A stretch of DNA of 24,000 nt from Arsukibacterium ikkense. GTDB lineage: Bacteria > Pseudomonadota > Gammaproteobacteria > Enterobacterales > Alteromonadaceae. Numbering within the stretch: position 1 is the first letter of the stretch; each line of letters begins with the position of its first letter. The DNA lies in NCBI RefSeq assembly GCF_000987775.1, contig NZ_LAHO01000014.1:1-24000 (forward strand). Direction: 5' to 3'. Positions 13,990-21,565 of this stretch are shown here, piece by piece. The position numbers and the translations under genes were made by a program. The notes under the pieces are model-generated. The model was not told the DNA's origin, did no database searches, and saw nothing but the letters and a program-made list of their open reading frames with translations.

Positions 13990-15416
13990 TACCGCTCCCC
14001 TTGTTTGGATAACAGATTATTGAGAGCGAGTGCAAATGCAGCGATTAGCAGCAAGCCGGCGAACAGGGTCAGCAACCACTGCAATTTAATTTCTGCCAGA
14101 AACTCGGCTTCGACGCCGTAATAAGCCAGTTGTTTTGCACTGTGGCGAACCCGTACCGGTACGCCCGCCCGCATATGCGCTGCACCAGCATGTTGCTTGC
14201 TTAATAAAGTAGTCCAGTTCACCTGGCCCGGATAAAACAATTCCAGGGTATGGCTGTCGACCTGCGTCCAGTCGGGTTGGCTGCCACTGAATTTGTGGGC
14301 GCGGATTTCAGCATCGCGGCCAAGCCCCATTTCCAGTGGTATGGACACATAATGCCAGCGGCTGCCCATTGCATTGCGGTGCACGGCGATGGCGATGTCA
14401 TACAGTCCTTGTTCTTTAAAAACTTTGTCCTGCAATGGATCCCCGGTGTCTTTAGCGCGAACCAGCGTCACGCGCCAATAGCCGTCCTGCCAGCGGGCCT
14501 GGCCATCTACCCGGATGTCGCCACGGGATCCTGAGGGCAAGCGCAGCACCCGGCGGGGCAGGGTGTCACCTTCCTGCCAAGCAAGGCTATTGTCAAATGG
14601 CAGCGCCATCGATTCACTTAAATAGTAGATCGCATCGAAGTCTGGGCGTCCGGTAGTCACCTCAGTCCAGTTCAGGGCGTGAAAGCCGGTTTTTGCCGGG
14701 TTGAACATCAGGCTGGGATGGTTGGCGCCACTGTCCCAGTTGGTATAGAAGGGGCCGATGCCACTATCACTGTGCCGGAACTCGGCCACAAACTCATCGT
14801 CTGACACATTAAGCGGGTTGGAACGATGGGCCCGCCAATGCCACAGATCAAGAAAATAGCCAACCTGACGTTGCTGAGTCAGAGCTGCATCGTCTACCAC
14901 TGTGCGCCAGTCATTGATATCAGTACGGGTGGCCGGCAGGCTCTTGCGTACGTCAGTGGCGCCAAGTTGTTGCCCCAGGTAAGCATGCTCCCTCACCTCA
15001 GTGGCGCTGGCCTCCCGGCTCATAAAACGGTGGTTTTCGCCAACCGTAATGTAGCCACCATAGCGCTTAAATTCCGGTACGCCACCATCGTCTACCAGCA
15101 TGCTGACGCGATCTTCATAGACGCCATCAGGCTGCTCACCAACGGGGCTGCTGCCATGCCGGATCCATTCGCCGCCGGTATAGCGCAGCATGTCCAGGTA
15201 GACGTGCGGCCGCTCGGTTGGCCATTGGTAGCGGAAGTAGATGTCATGCTCGTTGTAAGCCACCTGCAGTTGCAGTGGCATGATGAGCGTTTTGGGAATA
15301 AAAATATTGCGCGCGGTATCGTTATGAATAACCCCCCGGCCATGCATCAACCAAGAGGCTGTCAATACGCTGATAAAAATAGCAATAGCAATGTACAGCA
15401 GGTGAGCCCGGGACAT
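13989..15416 (-). CDS. membrane-anchored periplasmic protein with ethylbenzene-dehydrogenase-gamma-like (EB_dh/DOMON-type) haem-binding domain
   Basis: There is an N-terminal TM helix (LLYIAIAIFISVLTASWLM) and a C-terminal TM helix (WLLTLFAGLLLIAAFALAL). The exported core carries VAYNEHDIYFRYQWPTE and DLWHWRAHRSNPLNVSDDEF, both recalled as EB_dh family signatures. Confidence 0.5.
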   Translation of the reverse strand: MSRAHLLYIAIAIFISVLTASWLMHGRGVIHNDTARNIFIPKTLIMPLQLQVAYNEHDIYFRYQWPTERPHVYLDMLRYTGGEWIRHGSSPVGEQPDGVYEDRVSMLVDDGGVPEFKRYGGYITVGENHRFMSREASATEVREHAYLGQQLGATDVRKSLPATRTDINDWRTVVDDAALTQQRQVGYFLDLWHWRAHRSNPLNVSDDEFVAEFRHSDSGIGPFYTNWDSGANHPSLMFNPAKTGFHALNWTEVTTGRPDFDAIYYLSESMALPFDNSLAWQEGDTLPRRVLRLPSGSRGDIRVDGQARWQDGYWRVTLVRAKDTGDPLQDKVFKEQGLYDIAIAVHRNAMGSRWHYVSIPLEMGLGRDAEIRAHKFSGSQPDWTQVDSHTLELFYPGQVNWTTLLSKQHAGAAHMRAGVPVRVRHSAKQLAYYGVEAEFLAEIKLQWLLTLFAGLLLIAAFALALNNLLSKQGER

Positions 15417-15652
15417 GAAATTTGATTTCCTTATTTATAAGGTCTGCACTTTGGATTTTCCTCAGTTGAGTTTTTAGTGCCTGATCGTCAGGCCCCTGTG
15501 GTGAGGAATGGGTATCTATCGAAAACAGAATAAGGGAGCTAAGCTAGCATACTCTGTTTAGTCTCCCGGAAGTGAACTACGTATAGGTATAGGACAAATA
15601 CTCCAATATGTATAGATAGTGGCTTGATGCCACCCTGCTAGTGCTTTGCCGC

Positions 15653-16516
15653 TTAAGACAGAGTTAAGCCAATCACCACCGTGGCCCAGGCCGTTAGCCC
15701 CAGCACCAACGCAGCAGCTATCATCTCAATACAAATAACGGTTCTGAGCCGCTTGATCACACCGGGCATGGCCACCCTTGGTACCAGCAACAACTTATTG
15801 GTCGCGCCAAGCCCCAGTAGTAATAACACCAGGCATAACTTAGCTAACAACGTCAGGCCATAAGCCGTTTGCCACAGCAGGCTTACATCGCCCAGCAACA
15901 CTTGCAGCATTAGCACACCCATCAGCAGCAACAGGCTGACAAAAATCAAGGCTGCTTTGCCAAAATCCGTCATTACCCGGGCGACTAGCTCAGGGTTGTC
16001 TATATGGCTGATCCGCCACAGCGGCAGCAAGGAGCCGATCCAGCAAGATACCCCAAGCAGGTGCAACATTAATGCCAGCTGGCCATACCAGGGCGTGCGG
16101 ATCAAGTGACCGGTAAAAATATAAGACAACAGAATACAGGCAGCCACTATTAGCATAAGCACAGGCAAACACTTACCGCGCCAGTAAAATGTAGCGGCAA
16201 GCCAGCAACTGACAAAACCTGCTACTGCCAGGCCCCAGCTTAACCCCATATTGCCGTCCAGCAACATAAGGTACATTTCCCAGTCATAAAAACTGGCAAG
16301 GCCCTGGCCACTGAACAGCAGCAACTGCACCCCAAATGCCAGTACCACACTTACAACGCCGAGCAGGGCTGAGCCGATACAATAAGCACCTAACCAGGGC
16401 AGTATTGATTCATCCCGGGCGCTGAGCCAGCGGATAAAATAGCCGCCTATCACGCCTGTGGTGGCAAGGTATAGCAGCACTTTTGCCAGCCAGGTCAGTA
16501 GCAAGTACAGGTCCAT
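15653..16516 (-). CDS. copD: CopD-family copper resistance membrane protein
   Basis: It is a polytopic protein of about 8 TM helices and 287 aa. It starts 47 nt downstream of the CopC-domain gene, as in the classical copCD arrangement. Confidence 0.65.
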   Translation of the reverse strand: MDLYLLLTWLAKVLLYLATTGVIGGYFIRWLSARDESILPWLGAYCIGSALLGVVSVVLAFGVQLLLFSGQGLASFYDWEMYLMLLDGNMGLSWGLAVAGFVSCWLAATFYWRGKCLPVLMLIVAACILLSYIFTGHLIRTPWYGQLALMLHLLGVSCWIGSLLPLWRISHIDNPELVARVMTDFGKAALIFVSLLLLMGVLMLQVLLGDVSLLWQTAYGLTLLAKLCLVLLLLGLGATNKLLLVPRVAMPGVIKRLRTVICIEMIAAALVLGLTAWATVVIGLTLS

Positions 16517-16563
16517 GCGTTATTCCTTTGTTGCAGGGAGAGCAAGCCTCCCCCTTGAGTATA

Positions 16564-17367
16564 TTATTTTGACCAATGAATATGGGTGATCTGCCAATTA
16601 CCGCCGCGCAGTTGCAGGGTCATGGTTTCCATGCCGGTGTGATCTATTGATTTGTCCTTGAACTGGCCGCTAACCTTCGAGCGAGCCAGCGACACTGCGC
16701 TATCGCCTTGTACCCGCACGTGGTGCTCTATGGTTGCCACAGACAGGTCTTTTAGAAACGCCATATCGGCGGCCATATGATGGCTTTCATATTCCGCTCT
16801 GGAGCGTTCAACACTACCGCCTTCAAAAATGATCACATCCTCGGCCAGCAGGCGCTTGACTGCTGAGGCGTCTGCGGCTTTAAGGGCGGCATGAAACTCC
16901 GTCACCGCCTTGGCCGCAGGGTGTTCCAGACCGCTAAAGTGCAGCGCTGTCTTTGCAGAGTGCGCTTTGGCGTCAGTGGCTGCTGCATTGGGGTCAACGA
17001 CAAAACTAAAGGCCCCTTCCATTCGGTGGCCATCTTCTCCCATCCCCATCCATGCTGCCTGATACGCGCCCGCCGGCAGCGGCACAGCAATCAACACCTC
17101 AAACCGGCTTTGCGCGGCACTGCTACGTTTAAAGTTCAGGGCAATGTCCTTGCCGGACGCATCGGTTAGTGTCAGGCTCATCAAGCGCAGTGGCCCGCTA
17201 AACTGCAGGCTTAACTGGCTGGCAGCCACTACCGTCTGCTTATCTGCCGGAACAGAAGAGCTTAAGCTGGTATGGGCCAGAACAGTAAGCGGGCTCAATA
17301 CTAGCAGCAGCAAAGCTAACCGCTTTGCCGCTGCGTGAAGCCGTAGGGTATTTTTCATCAGTTGCAT
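16564..17367 (-). CDS. copC: CopC-domain periplasmic copper-binding protein fused to a C-terminal NTF2-like (SnoaL/DUF4440-type) domain
   Basis: The signal peptide ends at ...VLA|HTSL, giving a mature N-terminal His. HTSLSSSVPAD and GEDGHRMEG (DGHxxxG) are the CopC Cu(II)-site motifs. Residues from about 150 to 267 (AVTEFHAALKAADASAVKRLLAEDVIIFEGG...GNWQITHIHWS) look like an NTF2-like fold. Confidence 0.7.
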   Translation of the reverse strand: MQLMKNTLRLHAAAKRLALLLLVLSPLTVLAHTSLSSSVPADKQTVVAASQLSLQFSGPLRLMSLTLTDASGKDIALNFKRSSAAQSRFEVLIAVPLPAGAYQAAWMGMGEDGHRMEGAFSFVVDPNAAATDAKAHSAKTALHFSGLEHPAAKAVTEFHAALKAADASAVKRLLAEDVIIFEGGSVERSRAEYESHHMAADMAFLKDLSVATIEHHVRVQGDSAVSLARSKVSGQFKDKSIDHTGMETMTLQLRGGNWQITHIHWSK

Positions 17368-17391
17368 TCCTTAGTGTCAGTTGTGTGCACG

Positions 17392-17739
17392 TTAAAGGTG
17401 CGGTATTTTTTCAATGGCGGTAACGACCAGTGCGCTGCCGACTTTCTCAACTTTAACGCGCACACTATCGCCCGGCGCTAAACCGTCAAATAAGGCTTTG
17501 TCCTGTATCTGAAATACCATAGTCATTGCTGGCATACCGAGACTGGCTATGGGTTCATGCTTCAGGGTGATTTTGCCGTACTCTACATCGAGTTTGCGCA
17601 CTACTGCTGCGGTCATATCATCAGTAACGGCTGCGGTATCACTTTGAGGGTGATGTTGGGCATGATCCTGCTGTGCCAGCGCAGACGGCAGCGCTAAAGC
17701 TACCGATAACGCTAATAAACTCATTGCTATTGATTTCAT
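17392..17739 (-). CDS. cusF: CusF-like periplasmic Cu(I)/Ag(I)-binding protein
   Basis: A signal peptide and a His-rich N-terminus (DHAQHHPQ) are present. The CusF core is GKITLKHEPIASLGMPAMTMVFQ. Confidence 0.8.
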   Translation of the reverse strand: MKSIAMSLLALSVALALPSALAQQDHAQHHPQSDTAAVTDDMTAAVVRKLDVEYGKITLKHEPIASLGMPAMTMVFQIQDKALFDGLAPGDSVRVKVEKVGSALVVTAIEKIPHL

Positions 17740-17753
17740 AAATTCACCTGTTA

Positions 17754-19169
17754 CTAGTTATGCCCACTATGGGCTTTGGGTTTACGTACTGTGACTTCCA
17801 CTTCTGCTGCCACCGGCTGTTCTGTCGCCATTAGTTGGCCGCCGTGTTGTGCTGAGCGTTTTGCCGCCGGCATGTCGCCGGTCCATTCGCTGGCCACTGT
17901 GCCTGCGGGATGCTTAAACCAACCCGGATCGGTATAGTCATTCGGCGCTTGATCTGCTCTGACTTTAAGCACACTAAACATGCCGCCCATTTCTACCGAG
18001 CCAAAAGGTCCTTCGCCGGTCATCATCGGCAGGGTGTTATCTGGTAGTGGCATGGGCATTTCCGCCATATCGGCCATGCCGCGCTCGCCCATCACCATAT
18101 AGTCAGGTACTAAGGTTTGAATTTTTTTCGTCATACCACTGTGATCCACCCCGATCATGGTTGGAATATCATGGCCCATCGCATTCATTGTGTGATGTGA
18201 TTTATGGCAGTGAAACGCCCAGTCACCTTCCTCATCTGCGATAAACTCAAGCTGACGCATCTGGCCCACCGCAATATCAGTAGTCACTTCAGGCCAGCGA
18301 CTGCCCGGAGGCGTTGGGCCACCATCTGTGCCGGTAACGGTAAATTCATGGCCATGCAGGTGAATGGGATGGTTGGTCATGGTTAGGTTGCCGACGCGTA
18401 TGCGTACCTTGTCATTTTTACGCACCACCAGCGGATCAATTCCGGGAAAAGCGCGGCTGTTAAAGGTCCAGAGGTTAAAATCCAGCATGGTCATAATTTT
18501 CGGTGTATAAGCACCAGGTTCAATGTCGTAAGCATTCAACAGAAACACAAAATCACGGTCTACTTGCTCAATATAAGGGTGTGCATCTTTTGGATGAGTT
18601 ACCCAAAAACCCATCATGCCCATGGCCATTTGCACCATTTCATCCGCATGCGGATGGTACATAAAGGTACCCGGGCGCCTGGCAACAAACTCATAAACAT
18701 AGGTTTTACCCACCGGAATAGCAGGTTGATTCAGCCCCGCCACGCCATCCATGCCATTAGGTAAACGCTGGCCGTGCCAGTGAATGGAAGTATGCTCAGG
18801 CAGCTTATTGGTGACAAAAATCCTCACTCTATCACCTTCGACCACTTCAATAGTTGGCCCCGGTGACTGGCCGTTATAGCCCCATAGGTGCGCTTTCATC
18901 CCCGGCGCAATTTCTCTGATCACCGGTTCTGCTACCAGGTGAAACTCCTTTACACCCTGGTTCATCCGCCAGGGCAGCGTCCAGCCATTTAACGTCACTA
19001 CCGGATTATAGGGCCGGCCAGATGTCGGCAGTAAAGGGGCCATAGTGTCAGCAGAGGTTTGACTCACCACTTCCGGCAGCCCCGCCATGGCTACACGGCT
19101 GACCGCCGTTACCCCAACCCCGGCGGTAATGGCGCCGATCCCTTTTAGTAAATCACGACGTGAAAACAT
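17754..19169 (-). CDS. Tat-exported multicopper oxidase (CopA/PcoA/CueO-like cuprous oxidase)
   Basis: The twin-arginine leader is MFSRRDLLKGIG. Copper-ligand motifs are HWHG, HPHAD, HPIHLHGHEF and HCHKSHH. A Met-rich segment (MADMAEMPMPLPDNTLPMMTG) is also present. Confidence 0.9.
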   Translation of the reverse strand: MFSRRDLLKGIGAITAGVGVTAVSRVAMAGLPEVVSQTSADTMAPLLPTSGRPYNPVVTLNGWTLPWRMNQGVKEFHLVAEPVIREIAPGMKAHLWGYNGQSPGPTIEVVEGDRVRIFVTNKLPEHTSIHWHGQRLPNGMDGVAGLNQPAIPVGKTYVYEFVARRPGTFMYHPHADEMVQMAMGMMGFWVTHPKDAHPYIEQVDRDFVFLLNAYDIEPGAYTPKIMTMLDFNLWTFNSRAFPGIDPLVVRKNDKVRIRVGNLTMTNHPIHLHGHEFTVTGTDGGPTPPGSRWPEVTTDIAVGQMRQLEFIADEEGDWAFHCHKSHHTMNAMGHDIPTMIGVDHSGMTKKIQTLVPDYMVMGERGMADMAEMPMPLPDNTLPMMTGEGPFGSVEMGGMFSVLKVRADQAPNDYTDPGWFKHPAGTVASEWTGDMPAAKRSAQHGGQLMATEQPVAAEVEVTVRKPKAHSGHN

Positions 19170-19179
19170 AACATGCTCC

Positions 19180-20604
19180 TTAATGGCCGGCTGCCGTATT
19201 GGTGTTAATTAATGGCGTTTCGCTGGTATTGGCTGCCGTTACAGGCACGCCCATCATGGCGAAATCCAGCTGCGACCTGGCCAGCCAGAAATCACGGTTG
19301 GCATTAACATAACCGGTTACGGCATTAATTTGGTTACGAGCGTCGGCAATAAGCTCAAACACGCTGATAAACATACCGTTGTAACGCAGCTGATTCTCTT
19401 CTGCAATTTGCTGCTGTATTGGCAGCATGGCATTTTTGTAGTGCTGTGCTAATTCATACCTGGACTGGTAGTTAAAGTAACTTTGCCTTAACTCAGAGCG
19501 TGCCGACACCCCTATGGCAAAAGCGTGATTAAAAGCTTGTTGATATTGATATTCAGCTTTTTTAAGCCGATAGCTGCCCCAGTCAAATAGCGGCAACTCC
19601 AACACGGCTTTGTAGCTGCGTTCTGAGCGGTCTTGCATATTGGCGCCCACTTCTACTTCAAAAGCATTGATAAAACGAGTGGCCCGCGTTAAGCCTGCGC
19701 CTTGGGCAATGTGCTCCAGCTTTAGTTTTGCCAGCTTTACGTCCAGCCGCTGCTCAAGCCCACCTTGCACGACGTAGCTCCAGTCTGTCAGTTGTGTTGG
19801 GATCTCCGGTAAGCGATCCGGCAATATTAACTGCTCGGAATCCTGCCATAACCCCAACTGGCGTTGTAGCGCTTGTTGGCTGCTGTAGGCTGACTGCCTG
19901 GCTTTGACTAAATTAAGCGTAACCTCGGTGAGCAGGCTCTGCTCGCGCAAGAATTCTAATTTGCTGAAGTTACCGGCCTGCAACATCCGTTTCGCCAGCT
20001 CGGCACCGGCGGCGGTGGTGGCGTAAACCTGCTCGGTGTAATGCAATAACTCCTGCGCCGCCACGGCATTCCAGTATGCATGATGCGTGTCAGCAATGAT
20101 GCCGGCAATCCGCTGCGCGACCTGCAGTTTCACTTGCTCAAACTGATTGATTTCCAGCTGACGGACTTTAGGCAAGGTCAGTAATGACAGCAGATTAAAG
20201 CCAAATTCCAGCTCAGTAGTATAATGGCCATCAGATACCTTGCGAGTCAGGCTGATAGACGGGTTAGGCAGTTGTGATGCTTGCTGCAACTGGGCAGCCG
20301 ATATACCCAGTGTCAGCAGCTCGCCTTGGACTGCCCTGTTATTCAGTACCGCTATTGCCACAGCGTTATCCAGCGTTAAAGGTGTCTTTAATAGCTGTTG
20401 AATACGCTGATCAGCCTGTTGCTGTTGCTGCTCAGTGTCAATTTGCTGTAATGGCGTCGGGTTAATCGCGGCAATTTCAGCCTGTACCTCACTCAGTGGC
20501 TGGCCCGGATTGACTGCGCATCCAGCCAGGGTACTGACTATCGCCAGCAGTGCCGTCAGTTTTAATGTCTGACGTTTGCTGCCTGTTGCTTTAGAACATG
20601 CCAT
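19180..20604 (-). CDS. TolC-family outer-membrane efflux lipoprotein
   Basis: The lipobox is LAGC (Cys29). The 474-aa length and the repeated coiled-coil/beta-barrel pattern are typical of outer-membrane factor (OMF) proteins. The gene ends 10 nt upstream of the multicopper oxidase gene. Confidence 0.8.
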   Translation of the reverse strand: MACSKATGSKRQTLKLTALLAIVSTLAGCAVNPGQPLSEVQAEIAAINPTPLQQIDTEQQQQQADQRIQQLLKTPLTLDNAVAIAVLNNRAVQGELLTLGISAAQLQQASQLPNPSISLTRKVSDGHYTTELEFGFNLLSLLTLPKVRQLEINQFEQVKLQVAQRIAGIIADTHHAYWNAVAAQELLHYTEQVYATTAAGAELAKRMLQAGNFSKLEFLREQSLLTEVTLNLVKARQSAYSSQQALQRQLGLWQDSEQLILPDRLPEIPTQLTDWSYVVQGGLEQRLDVKLAKLKLEHIAQGAGLTRATRFINAFEVEVGANMQDRSERSYKAVLELPLFDWGSYRLKKAEYQYQQAFNHAFAIGVSARSELRQSYFNYQSRYELAQHYKNAMLPIQQQIAEENQLRYNGMFISVFELIADARNQINAVTGYVNANRDFWLARSQLDFAMMGVPVTAANTSETPLINTNTAAGH

Positions 20605-20945
20605 TACTGATGCCCCTTATGGTTATGCGGCTGCTGTTCCGGCTTGGGTTTTGGCTGCTCCGGCTGCTCAGCGTGCTCTGATTGCTCCGCTGCGCCCTCT
20701 GCGGCATAAAACATCCAGCCACCGATCTGACTGACCCGCTGATTAACCTCAAGCCAGTTGCTAACAGCGGGTATCCTGGCCGCTGGTGTGGTTACCGGCT
20801 TGTAAGGTGGCGCGGTCAGCACTGTGTCACGCTGCAATGAGGCGGGCAGGGGTAATTCTTTTGCTGACAAAGCCGTGGCAAAAGTAAGGCTGAGCAGCCA
20901 AAGCCCGGCAACAGCCCGCTGTTTTATGGTGCTACTGCAGTGCAT
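20604..20945 (-). CDS. hypothetical secreted protein (113 aa) with Pro/Glu/Gln-rich, His-containing tail
   Basis: The signal peptide is AVAGLWLLSLTFATALSA. The C-terminus is EQPEQPKPKPEQQPHNHKGHQ. Its stop codon overlaps the TolC-family start codon (TAATG). Confidence 0.55.
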   Translation of the reverse strand: MHCSSTIKQRAVAGLWLLSLTFATALSAKELPLPASLQRDTVLTAPPYKPVTTPAARIPAVSNWLEVNQRVSQIGGWMFYAAEGAAEQSEHAEQPEQPKPKPEQQPHNHKGHQ

Positions 20946-21047
20946 AAAAAATCCTCAATATAATAAATAGCAAAATGCTTTAGCGCATAACACCAGTGAT
21001 AATGCACGGGCGCTAGTTAACGCAATGATCGTTAGAACCTATTGGGA

Positions 21048-21449
21048 TTAAACAGACTTTGGAGGGCGTTCTTGCGGTACAACCACACTACTGGTATGGA
21101 AGTAAGTACGTTGTAATACCTTGTCGTGGTATTCACTGGCTGCGGCTGTGAATAATGCCGACGGTGAAGCGCAATGTATCGAACAACAATGGTCGCATGC
21201 TTCACAAGGTTCAACCATGGTATGGCTTACATCTGATTCTGCAATGGTTTCAGTGTCAGAAGTGCTGGCCGCCGCATGCTGATGATGACCGGTGTGAATA
21301 GCCGGATCAACAGTAGCATGCAGATCCGAGGATGTAGTGGTGTCGAGATGGTGTGGCATGGTCTGGCAATGTACCATAGCATAGACGCCCGTTGCCTTTA
21401 AAAGGAACAGAAAGCACAATGCGATGATATACCAATTGCCTGAACGCAT
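21048..21449 (-). CDS. His/Cys-rich exported protein, CopL-like metal-binding (regulatory?) protein
   Basis: A signal-like N-terminus is followed by a His-rich middle (HHLD, HTGHHQH). The Cys cluster is EPCEACDHCCSIHC, and the C-terminus contains RPP. This layout resembles my recollection of Xanthomonas CopL. Confidence 0.4.
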   Translation of the reverse strand: MRSGNWYIIALCFLFLLKATGVYAMVHCQTMPHHLDTTTSSDLHATVDPAIHTGHHQHAAASTSDTETIAESDVSHTMVEPCEACDHCCSIHCASPSALFTAAASEYHDKVLQRTYFHTSSVVVPQERPPKSV

Positions 21450-21565
21450 ACATTATCCAGAGTAAAAACTGATACATAATAGACCTGGCCGATTGAGAGT
21501 TCAATACCTTGGTCCTCTTAGTTAAACATCCTGACAGTCTAGATGGCGTGAGTAACATCAGCATT

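Noticed and set aside
14826-15425. A 199-aa plus-strand ORF and other short ORFs (14219-14401, 14250-14534, 15092-15343) within the haem-domain gene.
   Set aside because: They are antisense or alternative-frame ORFs in a GC-rich gene, with no motifs and no SD. The minus-strand 475-aa frame has coherent TM and domain architecture.
15546-15576. A candidate minus-strand promoter, TTCACT-19 nt-TATGCT, upstream of the haem-domain/ATPase operon. The 19-bp spacer is reminiscent of MerR/CueR-controlled promoters.
   Set aside because: The spacer has no dyad symmetry of the CueR type, and the window contains no MerR-family gene. The hexamers are only moderate matches. It could still be a real promoter, but I cannot support the call.
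8884-15600. A shared 10-mer, ggacaaatac, at 8884-8893 and 15591-15600, near the edges of the compositionally distinct blocks.
   Set aside because: Hundreds of 10-mer repeats are expected by chance at this window size, so it is not evidence for element boundaries.
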